This document shows positions 11,740 through 24,709 of a stretch of 64,000 bases of DNA, piece by piece. Both the position numbers and the translations under genes were made by a program. Source of the DNA: Eledone cirrhosa (Eukaryota). The DNA is taken from contig OZ024741.1 of the NCBI GenBank assembly GCA_964016885.1, forward strand, positions 118,234,001 through 118,298,000. Reading direction: 5' to 3'. Each line of letters starts with the position of its first letter. The stretch's first letter is position 1. Under the pieces are notes generated by a model. That model saw nothing but the letters and a program-made list of their open reading frames with translations, did no database searches and was not told where the DNA came from.

Positions 11740-14700
11740 GGGCAGTAGATTGACAGTATCGGTAAAGTGTCGGACAACATGTTTTGCAGCTTGTAAAGGC
11801 CCTCTATGTTCTGAGTTCAAATCCTGCTTAGGTTAGCTTTGCCTTTCATCCTTACAGAGGTTGATAAAATAAAGTACTAGTTATGCACTAGGGTCAATTT
11901 AATCGACTTTTCCCTCACCCAAAATTGTTGGCTTTGTGCCTAAATCAGAAACCATTATTTATTTATGGGTGGTGTATTGGCAGTATTGGGAGAGCATCAG
12001 ACAAAATGCCTTTCAGTATTTATTTATGGGTGGTGTATTGGCAGTATTGGTAGAGCATCAGACAAAATGCCTTTCAGTATTTATTTATGAATTTCAGATT
12101 CTGCCAAGGTCAACTCTCCCTTCCATCCATCCTAGATCAATAAATAAAGTACCAGTAAAGTATTAGTTAATATAACAGACTTTAACCTCTCTACAAATGC
12201 TGGCCTTGTGCCTAAATTAGAAATCATTGTTTTAATTTATGCATCCCTGATTCCTATATTTTACATTTCATTTTAATGTTATATCTTCATTATTGCTCCC
12301 CATCTCTTTTAACTGTTACCATCACATCCATCTTGTAAATTGTTTTTAATGTTTCTTCTTGTTCCTTAAAATTCAAATGATAAACATTTTATAAGAGGAA
12401 AATAAAATTTTAAAAAACAGCATTTTTGTTTTTTTTTGTTTTCTATTTACATGTTTCTAGTAATTTCTAGATATTTTCTTGGTGGTGAATTCAATTATTA
12501 GAACATCAATTAAATGCTTTGTAGTCTTTGTTTTGGATATCTGCACTCTGGATTCAAATCTTACTATAGCCAGCTTTGCTTGTTATATTTTCAAAGGCCA
12601 ATAGTTCCACTCCAGCGGCAGTGGATTGGCAGGATGTTAGTATTAGAAGAGATGACTTGTGATATATCTATTTCAGCTGGCTCACTGAAAAAAAAAACTG
12701 GATCCTTTAGGACCTGACAAAAATGGGGACGAGCTTTGAATGTCCTTAAGCAAGTCCCCAAGCATTTCAGCTGGTCATTCTCTGAGCTACCACACCAATT
12801 GGTAGGAGAGAATATTAAAGTCCTGAAAACTCTCTTTTTCTTCTTAATATATTATCATATTATCTAACATTCCATTCTCATAGCCTGGAGGTCAGCTGTA
12901 AGATGGTAAAATTGTTGTATAGCTATATTCTACTCAAGTAGTTTCCATCCATTTCATTATCAAAGAACTCTTCATAGCTTCCCTAGTGCTGGTGCCATGG
13001 TAAAATGCAACTGGTAAAGTTTGGAAACGTATGTAAGCGAGATGTAAACATCTGGCTCATCTGAGAAGTCATTAGCTTCCTTTGAATACTTAGTCTGTTA
13101 AGATCTGTCCAGGTCTGTTAAGTCCCTTGATAGCAGGGAAAATGGACATCAAATAATGATAATGATTTATCGCTATTATTATGCTCCTCAGGGCGGAGGA
13201 TTGGCAGTATCGGTAGAAGGTCGGCCACCATACTTTGACGCATAGAGTTACGGTCCTTGTCATTCTGAGTTCAAATTCCGCCGAGGTTAACTTTGCCTTT
13301 CGGGGTCGATTAAAGTACCAGTAATACACTGGGTTATTGCTGGCCTTGTGCCAAATGTAGAAACAATTATTATGCTCCTCCCAGTCTGTTATACAGTAAT
13401 AAAAACAAAAGAGAGGAATAGATACTCAATGGTGTGTGCAATTGAACTGTCAGGAACCAGGTCACAAACTATGTCACAAATTTTTACATCAAGAAATATA
13501 TAAATGTAAAGTAAAGCTTACATAAAGTTAACAGAAAGAGCCTTTCTACTGTAGTCTTTGTGTGTTTTTAAATGGCTAAAATGATTTAGTTTCAACACAG
13601 AAGTACAACTCCGAAATGTGTATATAATGTTTCTAATAAACTATTGGGAATTTTGAACTTAATTTATGGACATCCAGTTACTCCTTTTAGGGAACCCCAT
13701 GTTTCTGTGGGAGCCCTAGAGTTCTGCAGAACCCAAGTTTAGAACCACTATTTTACTCATTTTTATGAAATTCTGTTGAAGTTAAGGTTGAAGAAGCGTA
13801 TCTGCTTTGGATTGGCAGAATCGTTAGAGCATCGGACAAAATACTGTGTAGCTTTTAGTTACGACTTCTTTCCAGGGTTGATAAAATAAATTATCAATCA
13901 TGTACTGTGTTTGATTTAATGAACTTTACACTTACCCCAAATTAGAAACCATTATTAAATCTTGAGGCAGGGCAGTGGGTTGGCAGTCATTTGAGCATTA
14001 GATAAAATGTCTGCCTATTTGTTTCAGTTCTCTGTGTTCTGAACTCAAATCCTGCTGAGATCAAATTTGCCTTCTGGGGTTAATAAAATAAGTACCAGTC
14101 CAGGGTGGTGGATTAGCAGAATCCTTTGAGCATCAGACTAAATGCCTGCCTTGCAGTACTACTTGTTCTAACTTTCTATGTTCTGAATTCAAATCCCACT
14201 GAGGTCAACTTTTCCTTTCATCCTTCTGAGGTTGATAAAATAAAGTACCAGTCAAATACTGGTGGCTGATATAATCAACTGTTCTCCTCCCCACCAAATT
14301 TCTGGCCTTGTATCTATGTTAGAAAAAGGACTATTTTTTTTAAAAAGGGGAGCAGTGGATGGTAATGTCAGACAAAATGTATTTTATAGTTTATTTTTTA
14401 ATTTTATATATCAATTTTTGAACTATAGCGTCATTGATTATAGGTTTCCAACAAACCAATCACTGGTTCAGTGCATTTCTGATTGCAAAAGTGTCTAACT
14501 CAGTGTGGAACAAATATCACAAAGGCCTTCATTGAACACCAGTTTTTCAGTTTCATTGTAATTATTTGCCGATGTACATCATCAAAATTTATATGCTTCC
14601 ATATATATATACACACACATATGATGAACTTTCATACAGTTTCTCTCTCTCAAATTCCACTCACAGGACACTGGTCAGCCCAAGGTGCCAAGTAGTGGAA

Positions 14701-15070
14701 TTGAACACAGACACATTGTCTGTGAACCTTAATCTCGCAGCTTTTCCTGTGGCCCCATTAAGTTCTCAGTTCATATACCATTGAGATTGCTTTTTACCTT
14801 TCATCCTTCTAACAAAGCAAAGTACCAGTTATCTATTCAGGGTTGATTTAATCAACTGTTCACTTCACCAAATTCAATGGTCTTGTTTCTACATTAAAAA
14901 TAAACATTATTGGTGGATTGGCAGAATCGGTAGAATGTTGGGTGATATGGCTTAGGGTACTTATTTATGGCCCTTTACATTCTGAGTTCAAGTCTCAAGG
15001 TCAACTTTATCTTTCCAGGGTTGATAAAATAAAGTAGCAGTCAAGTACTGGGGATTAATTTAAGTAACTA
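11740..15070 (+). mobile_element. Cluster of tRNA-derived SINE copies
   Basis: Same family as 6084-6270, at about 11740, 11970, 13191, 13808, 13970, 14103 and 14910. Confidence 0.75.
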
Positions 15071-15146
15071 ACCCATCCCATTCAAAGTGCATTTTGCTTG
15101 ATAGTCTAACAATTGTGCCTATCAACCACCTTATAGTGATAATGAG

Positions 15147-15204
<58 letters not shown>

Positions 15205-15215
15205 CAGGGAAGGCA

Positions 15216-15387
15216 AGGAGATGCGATAAAATAGGGTGAAGATTCTTAAAGACTGAAAAAGAAGTTGCCATCAGCTACTACAAGGAAATGCACCCCCGTA
15301 TCTTGTAGCGGCTGATGGCAACTTCTTTTTCTGTTCTGTCTTGATGGGTCTTCACCCTATTTTATAAACTATTTTATAGCATCTCTG
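15216..15387. repeat. Imperfect fold-back (about 75-bp arms, about 17-nt loop) inside microsatellite
   Basis: AAAAAGAAGTTGCCATCAGC..CTACAAG pairs with CTTGTAG..GCTGATGGCAACTTCTTTTT, and ATAAAATAGGGTGAAGA pairs with TCTTCACCCTATTTTAT. Confidence 0.75.
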
Positions 15388-15690
15388 CATGTGAGCACAA
15401 CACTCTTTATATTACCTTTATGTGTGTGTGTGTATATATATATATATATGGAAGAAACGATCATCAGCAATTAAATGTATTAAGCAAAAATTTGATTGAT
15501 TTATATTTTATATATATCATCATCGTTTAACGTCTATCTTCCATGCTAGCATGGGTTTAGACAGGAATTGTCCCACGTGAGGCAAGATTGGTTGTCTTGC
15601 TCGTATAGGACTGTCTGGTAGGTTTTCTATGGCTGGATGCCCTTCCTAACACCAACCACGTTTGCAGTGTGGAATATATATATATATATA

Positions 15691-18545
15691 TCATCGTCAT
15701 TTTACGTCCGCTTTTTCCTGCTTGCAAGGGTGGGATGGATCTTATTCAGCACAGCATCTCTCCACTTGTCACGGTCCTTCGTCATCTCTAACGTGAGCTT
15801 TAGCGATCTGAGGTCTGTTCTCACCACCTCTGCCCATGTTTTTCGTGGTGTACCTCTACAATGTCTTCCTTCAACTGGCACCCATTGGTCATCCTCCATG
15901 CGCATCACATGTCCATACCACTGCAGTCTCCTCTCTCGCACACTACATTCTATCCCTCTCAGACACAGTTTCTCTCTCAACACATCCATGCTGGGTCGTT
16001 CACGCACATTGACATTGCACATCCAATGCACATCCAATGCTTGCCTCATTTCTATCCAGCCGTCGCATATCCTCTGCAGTTGCTGCCCAAGTCTCACTAC
16101 CATGCAGCATCGCACTCCTCACACAGGCATCATATAACTGGCCTTTCGTATGCAGGGAGAAACCCTTTTTCGTCAGCAGAAGATGCAGCTCTCTCAACTT
16201 CTTCCAACCCGTCCTTGTTCTAGATACCTAGATACTATGGCCTCGGAACCCCCCCCCCTCCCATGCTAATCTGATCTCCTAGGTACCGGAAGCTAACCAC
16301 TACTTCTATAGCACCTGCCTGCATTTGAAAAATGTGTCTATCAATGCGACTTCTACTGTCTAATTTCCCTGTACATCTACTGCATACGTATTTCTCCCTA
16401 CCTGTTAGTTTGCCTGCTATCCCACTACATCTCTTGTGTACCCAGGATCTGCATTGTGTGCATTTTATAGAATTTATGCCAGTTCCTTTTCTGCATATCA
16501 AACATAGCCATTTCCCTGACGGAATCAGAGTTTTGTCCTCTTTTCTACTCATCAACACTTTTATCTTAGCTAGGTTCACTCTCAGTCCTCTTGCTTCCAA
16601 CTGCTGTTTCTATAGCCAGAATTTATTCTCTAGCTCCTCTACTGATTCTGCTATAAGAACCAGATCGTCAGCATAGAGAAGTTCCCATGGACAGCCAGTC
16701 CTAAACTCCTCTGTTATGGCTTGGAGGACTATAATGAACAAAAGCGGGCTGAGGACCAAACATTGATATACTCCTACTTGTATCTGGAATTCCTCACTAA
16801 ACTCCATTCCTACCCTGACTTTACTGACAGTACCTCTGTACAAAGTTTGCACTGTCCTCACAAGCCATTCCTCAACACCTAGCTTCCTTAGGGACCACCA
16901 GATGACAGATCGGGGTACCCTATCAAAGGCCTTCTCTAGGTCAACAAAGGCTAAGTATAGTGGCTTATTCTTCTCTAAGAACCTCTCTTGTAATTGTCTC
17001 ACCAAGAAGAGGGCATCTGTCGTACTTTTCCCAGGCACAAAACCAAACTGCATCTCATCTAGTTTGACCCTTTCTCTAATTAGTTGTGCTAATATCCTTT
17101 CTGCCACTTTCATAACCTGATCCATCAGTTTTATACCCCTATAATTGCTCCTCTCCAGAGCATCCCCTTTACCTTTGTAGCAATTTATGTAAATACTGCT
17201 GCACCAGTCTTTGGGTATGACACCATCATATAGAGCCTGATTGATGATGAGTGCAACCAGTTTAGTGCCTACATCCCCTGATGCCTTCAGCATCTCAGCA
17301 ACTATCCCCGATGGTCCAGCACCTTACCATTTTTCATTTCCTTAATCGCCTCTTGGACCCTATATTCGTCAATCTCAATAGCTGGTCCCTCTGAGGGTAA
17401 TTTCTCTCTCTCCCATCTCTTCTCCACATTCATCAGTCTCTCATAATGACATTTCCAGGCCTCCTTTTTCTGATCATTCGTGACACTAAGTACACCGGCA
17501 TCATTCCGGACACATTTATCTCCAACAACATCCTGATTTGCATTGACACACTGCCTTGCAATGCGGAACACCGCACGCCTCTGATCTTACCGTCGCAGAA
17601 CATTGGCAAACCTCCTACTCTCAGCCTCCCTGCATGTTAAGTACACCTGACATCTAGCTTCTCTCTTAGCGGCTGTATATCTTTCTCTACTCCCACCCTT
17701 TTTCAAAGCCTTCCATGCTGTTCCACCATCAACTCACTATCTGTCTGGTTGGAGCTCTGCTCCAGCCACAAGTTTCATCAGTAGCCTGCAGCAAGTTGTC
17801 ACATAAGAAATTCCAGTTATTTTCTATGTCATATAACTCTAAATCGTCTTCTTTTCGTCATACATATCTTCAAGGGCTTTCCTAAATTTGTATTTTAGTG
17901 AAAGGTCTTTTAGCTTCCAGACCTTTCTTCTCCACACCTTCCTGTATGTCTCATTCCATCTCTTGCTTACTAAGATATCACTAACGACTAACCTATGCTG
18001 TGGGGGTACATTCTTCCCCAAGGTATGCCTTGGTATTTGACACCGTCTGCCTGTCCCACTGCCTAACTAGTAAGAAGTCAATCTGGCTTATGTGCTTGCC
18101 TGATTAGTAGGTTATTAGGTGGTTGGCAGGTTTCTGGAAGTTTGTGTTGCAAATAGTCAGTGTACTTGCATCACAAAATTCAAGAAGTCTCACTCCTTCT
18201 TCATTTCTTGAGCCGTAACCATGCCCACCATGTACCCCAATGTAACCATCCTGGAGCTGTCCAACATGACTATTGAAGTCCCCTGCTAGCATAACAATGT
18301 CTCCATCCTCCGTCATTGCGGCTGTTTCTAAAAGTTGCTCATAAAAGCAGTCTTTCTCTTCTTTACCTAGGCCTGCCTGGGGAGCATTGGCAGAGATGAT
18401 TGTCAGTAGTCTCCTGCCTACAACTAATCTAAGCTTAATTATTCGATTATTAACTCGAACTACCTCTATTGTCTTATTGATCCATCTCTCAGCCAAGAAA
18501 ATGCCTACTCCCCCTAACCCATCATCCTTACCTATCCAGAAGGAG
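15691..18545 (-). mobile_element. RTE LINE family A, 5'-truncated and disrupted (part of APE endonuclease plus RT)
   Basis: GVGIF, AGDFNSHVG, NYRGIKL, FVDLEKAFDRV, LLYADDL and RWYGHV-like motifs spread over several ORFs. Confidence 0.95.
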
Positions 18546-19145
18546 AGTGCCAACATTAAGTGTTGCAACTCTGAGATGCGACGTCTTCATATTTTTGTTG
18601 TTCATTTTCCTGTAGTGCGATTACTTGGCCGCACCAGCCACTCCACAACCATGCGCAGCCCTAACATGGTATATATTTGTTGCTGTGCTCATAATTGTTT
18701 TGGCATTGGTACACTGGTTGTATGCCCTTCCTAACACCAGTGCCACTTTACAGCATGAACTGGGTGCTTACTGGACTCATGGGCCCTCTCTACCCCTCCA
18801 TTTTACAGCATGGTCATAATAAAAAAAAAACACATCACCCGGTCTGAGAATTGAACTCACAACCTTTCGATTGCAAGCCCAATGCTCTAACCACTAAGCC
18901 ATGCGCATTCACACACACACTATATATATATATATCGTTTCTGAATTTGTTTAGTAAGATTCTTTATCTGAAAACGTGTGTTGAAACCGATATTGTTATA
19001 CTTTGGGAGGGTCATGTTGCCAATAAGAAACACACGCACCAGTTGCTTTCACTTCAATTTATTATAAATTAAATTATAAATTTAAAAAATTTATAAATTT
19101 CCAGTTGGTTGGTTGGTTCCACAACCGGACGGTTGTTCATATATT

Positions 19146-19188
19146 GTCAAAGTTCTTTCGTCACACATTCTGTGACCTCATCAGTGAC
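19146..19188 (-). ncRNA. Minimal type I hammerhead motif
   Basis: gtca CTGATGA g-gtcaca-gaatg-tgtgac GAAA gaac TT tgac. Confidence 0.55.
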
Positions 19189-19528
19189 CGGGGATTCTTT
19201 TCTTTGTTTTGTGACTCTCCTTATTTACACACAGAAAAGACGCAATGTTTAGACAAATCACAGAGGCAATTAACATAAATGAACTCCGACCAAAATTAAA
19301 TAGAAAACATGAATGGAATAGCAACATCACAACTTACAATTAAGGACAAAATGAAAACACACACACATAGAACAAACAACTAACTAATAACATGTAAATA
19401 AACAAATAAAAACACACACAGACACCCGGATGTAACACATGCGCAAACTAAGCACGCAACACACAAAAAAAACAAGATGGCGTAGGAAAGAACAAAGGAG
19501 AGGCACAAAACAAAGAAAAGAATCCCCG

Positions 19529-19571
19529 GTCACTGATGAGGTCACAGTATGTGTGCCGAAAGAACTTTGAC
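19529..19571 (+). ncRNA. Minimal type I hammerhead motif
   Basis: gtca CTGATGA ggtcacagtatgtgtgcc GAAA gaac TT tgac. Confidence 0.55.
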
Positions 19572-19730
19572 AATATATGAACAACCGTCCGGTTGTGGAA
19601 CCAACCAACCAACCAGAAATTTATAAAAAAATTTAAATTTATAATTTAATTTATAATAAATTGAAGTGAAAGCAACTGGTGCGTGTGTTTCTTATTGGCA
19701 ACATGACCCTCCCAAAGTATAACAATATAT

Positions 19731-22487
19731 CTGTAAAAACCCAACAACCACCTGATCACCTATAGATCAGGGGACCACTCTAGTCAGATAGATTTTATCC
19801 TCATCAGAGGACGTGACAGATGGAAGGTCGTAAACACAAAAGCCTTCCCTAGTGAGGAATGTACATCCCAACATAGCTTAGTTGTCAGCGACCTAACGGT
19901 CAGAACTAGACGAACCTGGAAACAGAGGTCAACCTGGGGAAGAAAGATCTGGAAGCTGAAAGACCCCTCAACCAGTAACAGATTTAAAGATATTTTACTC
20001 AACGCCTACGACAGTAAAGAAGAACAGATAAGAGACATTCAATGTAGAAGAGAAGTGGGAGTTCCTAAAACATAATTTACTAGAGGCGACGGATGAGGTC
20101 TGTGGCTGGAGTAAGACCTCAAGCAGGAGGAGAGTGACTTGGTGGTGGAACAATAAGATAGATGAGGCAGTTAAGGCCAAGAGACAGGCATGGAAAGAAT
20201 GGAAGAACGGGGGGAGCAGGGTACATTACATAGAGACCAAGAGGGAAGCTAGGCGACAAGTATACTTAGCTAGGAGGGAAGCAGAGGATAGAAAATTCAA
20301 GCATGTTTTGCAACGTGAGGACCAGAAACAGGAGGTGTTCAAGATTGCGAGGCAGTGTGTCAGAGAGAGTTGTGATGTCATTGGAGAGAAGTGTATCCGG
20401 AATGATAAAGGTGAGCTTGCCCTCACAAGTACTGAGAAGAAAGATGCATGGAAGAGTCATTATGATAGATTACTAAATGAGAATGCATGGGAAGAAGAGA
20501 CCCTACCCCAAGTAGACCCTATAGAGGGGCCAGCAGTACAAGTCAGCAGCAACATAGTAAGTAAGGCAATCAAAGATATGAAGATGGGGAAGGCAGCCGG
20601 TCCATCGGGTATAGCTGCCGAGATGCTGAAGGCATCTGAGTCTGTAGGTCACACTATAACCACACATATTGTTAACCAGGTAATACTAGGTGTCATACCA
20701 AAAGATTGGTGCAGTAGCATCATTGTCAACTGCTACAAAGGTAAAGGTGATGCACTAGATAGAGGAAACTATAGAGGTATAAAGTTGATGGACCAGGTCA
20801 TGAAAGTAACAGAAAGAGTTATAGCACAGTTGATTAGGGACCGGGTGGAAATAGACGAGATGCAATTTGGGTTTGGACCAGGAAGAGGCACCACTGATGC
20901 CCTCTTCCTTGTGAGGCAGTTACAGGAAAAGTACCTAGCTAAAAGTAAGCCACTCTACTTGGCATTTGTCGACTTTGAGAAAGCCTTTGACAGAGTTCCA
21001 CGTGCTGTAATCTGGTGGGCTCTTAGAAAACTAGGAGTAGATGAATGGCTTGTGAAAGCGGTACAAGCCATGTATAGGGGAGCAATCAGCAAAGTTAGGA
21101 TTAGCAATGAGTATAGCAAGGAATTTAGCGTACAGGTTGGGGTCCGCCAGGGCTCTGTTCTTATCCCCCTCCTGTTCATCATAGTCCTGCAGGCAATAAC
21201 GGAGGAGTTTAAGACCGGATGCCCATGGGAATTCCTGTATGCTGATGACCTCGCACTTATAGCTGAATCTATGGTAGAACTAGAGAATAAATTCCAAACT
21301 TGGAAGCAGAGCAGGGACTAGAAAGAAAGGGTCTCAAAGTCAACATGATAAAGACTAAGGTCCTTGTAAGTAGACGAGAAAACAGAACCCAGATCCCCTC
21401 AGGGAAATGGCCTTGCTCAGTATGTAGGAAAGGTGTAGGTAGGAACTCCATTCTCTGCCCCAAATGCAAACAATGGGTACACAAGAGATGTAGCGGGATC
21501 TCAGGAAGCTTAATTAAGAATGTAGGCTTCACATGCAGCAGCTGTGCTGGGACAGCAAGCAGCAAACAGCCACAGGAAACAAGTACCACCAATCTCTGGG
21601 AGGGCTCTGTAGAAACAGTAGACAGCTTCTGCTACCTAGGTGACCGAATTAGCAGCGGAGGTGGGTGTTCAGAAAGTACAATAACTAGGGTAAGAACGGG
21701 ATGGAAGAAGTTTAGGGAACTACTACCACTGCTAACTGCAAAAGGCTTCTCCCTCAGAATGAAAGGCAGACTGTATGATGCGTGTATCCGAACAGCGATG
21801 TTGCATGGTAGTGAGACCTGGGCGCTGAAAGTGGAAGACTTACGTAGATTAGAGAGAAACGAAGCCTGCATGCTCCGATGGATGTGTAACAGTAATATAC
21901 GTGAACGACAAAGGATAAATGAATTGAGAGAGAGACTGAGCATAAGAGGAATCAAATGCTGTGTGCAGGAGAGGCGGTTGCGCTGGTATGGACATGTGAT
22001 GCGTATGAAGGATGACAGCTGCATAAAAAGGTGCAGAGCACTAGAAGTCGATGGAAACTGCGGAGTGGGGAGACCCAAGATGACCTGGGATGAGGTGATA
22101 AAAGCCGAGCTTACCCAATTACACCTCTCAAAGGCAATGACACACGACCGTGACCTCTGGCGTCACGCAGTAATACAGTGTACCCGACCTCCCATGGGTA
22201 CAAGCTGAAGCATATAGGCAATATGCCCCCCCCCCACCGCAAGGTGGTCGCGGAGGTGCCACGGCAAAAAAGCACCCAGCCCACACTGTAAAGTGGACGT
22301 GTAGGCGCCACGAAAAAGCACCCAGCACTCACTGTAAATGAGGTTGGTGTTAGGAAGGGCATCCAGCTGTAGAAATCAAGCCAAATCAGTTCCTGTATGA
22401 GCAAGGCATGGTCAGCCGACCAGACACTGCCCACAACAGGTCAACCCGTCTAACCCATGCTAGCGTGGAAGAACGGACGTAAAACAG

Positions 22488-22523
<36 letters not shown>

Positions 22524-22530
22524 CGATGAT
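19731..22530 (+). mobile_element. RTE LINE family B, 5'-truncated (end of EN, full RT, 3'UTR, (GAT)n tail)
   Basis: SQIDFIL, ORFs 20134-21321 and 21300-22208 (YADDL, C-terminal Cys-rich region, RWYGHV) with one frameshift. Confidence 0.95.
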
Positions 22531-23600
22531 ATAAAATTAAGTATGTGTGTATTACCTATAGGGGCCTACATCTTACGACCGATTTTCATGAAACTTTACA
22601 GGCTTATAGATTAGTCATCGGGGAGTGTTTTCTATATATCAGCATATCGTTTTTTTTTTATTCCGGGGTCATTCTGCAGATAAAAATCGATAGGAGGTTC
22701 ACCTTTTTTTAGGTATCGAAAAATAAGATTTTTGGCTCTAGCTCCCACATTTTGCCACCGATTTCGTTCCAATTTTAAAGCAAAATAGGATTTATCATTG
22801 CACATCCTGTAATTGCTTTATATTTTGCATTTGTTGTTCAGGGACGGCGTGGCAGCTGCTTAAATATTAAAAAATACGACTTTTAGACTCAAATTTCCAC
22901 TTTTTCGGCTCTAGCTCCCACATTAATCAACCTACTTTGTTCAAATTTTACACTACGCTAGATCTGATTATTTCACGTCTTTTGTTCAGGAACGGCGTGG
23001 CAGCCACTTAAATATTCGAAAATACCACCTTTTCGCTCAAATTTCCGCCTCTTCGGCTCTAGCTCCCACATTTTTCAACTGATTTCATTCAAATTCGAAA
23101 CTTGGGCTCCACCTCACACATAAATCAATTTATTTGGTTCAACGTTTATACTACGATAGAACCTATCATTGCACATCTTATAGTAGCTTTACACTTTTAG
23201 CTCCCACATTTTTCAACCGATTTCGTTCAAATTCGAAACTTCGGCTCCACCTCACACATAAATCAATTTATTTGGTTCAACTTTTATACTACGATAGAAC
23301 CTATCATTGCACATCTTATAGATGGTCAAGGGCAAAACGATGGCCACTGACGTCGTCTGAGCTTTTAGTTGTGTATTTGAGAATTCATCGGTTTCCAATC
23401 AAGTAGCGTGAGAAAATTTGGCTTAGTGTTAGAGGTCATTACCTCCATCCCCCAGCATGCCCCTTCGTCAGTCACCCGCGTTTCTCAGTGATAGAGGTCA
23501 TCATCACCCTCCGCCACATGGCCTGTGTGTGGCCATAGATGAGTCATCGAGAAGCAGATATTATTTTACCCACCCAGGCAACGCTGGGTACTGCTGCTAG
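22530..23600 (+). mobile_element. Non-autonomous Helitron-like element
   Basis: 3' hairpin ACCCAGGCAACGCTGGGT followed by CTAG|T; internal GGCTCTAGCTCCCACATT repeats. Confidence 0.7.
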
Positions 23601-23777
23601 TATATAATATAGGTTAAGCTATAATTAGTTTATTAGTTTACTGTTAAGAAATATGAATAATAGAAAAATGAAACCTTAGTGATATTAAACTTTATTCCAA
23701 AAGTAATTTATAGACACAATTATGCTGCCTTTTTGCAAACTCATTATGTTTCTTTGTAACACACAGTAATCTCTGTT

Positions 23778-23846
<69 letters not shown>

Positions 23847-23969
23847 GTATATGTATGTATATGCATATATGTAGGATATCTGTAGTTATAATGCAAAAGA
23901 AAAGAATGTTCAATCTAGTAAAAGAGAGCTTATTTAATTTTTATTTATGTTCATACACTTAATATGTAT

Positions 23970-24018
23970 ACACTACCTTAGGTTTCAGGGTCCAGTTATG
24001 ACCATTCTCTTCAGGCAC
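23970..24018 (-). ncRNA. Type I hammerhead motif (weak stem I)
   Basis: gtgc CTGAAGA gaat-ggtc-ataactg-gacc-ct GAA ACC-taa-GGT A gtgt. Confidence 0.55.
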
Positions 24019-24107
24019 AAGGATGAATTTGTCCTTGCATTTGATGAGAGAGGCCAATTTTAGAACTGCTGATCGTGGACCCAAAAACCTAATGTATGTA
24101 TAAATAT

Positions 24108-24145
24108 GAACTCATCGCTAGAACAGCTGTTCTAGCGATGAGTTC
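24108..24145. repeat. Perfect 38-bp palindrome
   Basis: GAACTCATCGCTAGAACAG|CTGTTCTAGCGATGAGTTC. Confidence 0.95.
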
Positions 24146-24374
24146 TCTTATTTTTTTTATGTATTCAAGTACACTCTCGCTTCATCTCAATCAAAGACAT
24201 CATTGTTTTTTTCATATTTATACATACATACATACATACATACATACATACATACATACATACAGTATAAGGTTGGGAGGGGTTTAAAGAGTAGAAAATA
24301 AAATTGGCGGATAAAGAATATTATTTATTTTTTGTACTTTTCACTATTCTTTATTTTCTACACTCTATTTACTC

Positions 24375-24488
<114 letters not shown>

Positions 24489-24596
24489 TAAAAGGAAAAG
24501 AAAATGCTGACAAATTTTTCCCAGTGAAAAATAGTTTAATTAGGAATAAGTATAAATTAGTAATAAGTATTGGTTAGTATTCAGTTTTAGTTTTAA

Positions 24597-24634
24597 GTTT
24601 GTACCGGTTGCGCATTTCTAATGCTTTTCAAAAA
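24597..24634 (-). ncRNA. Degenerate hammerhead motif (U3:A8, A13C)
   Basis: ttt TTGAAAA gcatt-aga-aatgc GCA ACCGGT A caaac. Confidence 0.45.
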
Positions 24635-24709
24635 TAATTTTGAGATAGAGCGCCCGTGATGTTTGCTCTAATCTGATCAGTTTTGGAAATTCTTCCTGTT
24701 TTATGTGAA

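Larger units (their letters stand above)
18935..19728 (+). mobile_element. 5'-truncated PLE: inverted pLTR, GIY-YIG C-terminus, pLTR
   Basis: 233-bp inverted repeats at 18990-19222 and 19495-19728, each with an HHR motif; the spacer encodes DAMFRQITEAININELRPKLNRKHEWN (19239-19343). Confidence 0.8.

Noticed and set aside
18838-18906. tRNA-like sequence on the minus strand
   Set aside because: Looks like a decayed SINE head (A/B boxes) without a complete cloverleaf.
24640-24690. Alternative HHR using CTGATCA on the minus strand
   Set aside because: Needs a C3/C8 mismatch and AAAA for GAAA; the fold at 24597-24634 fits better.
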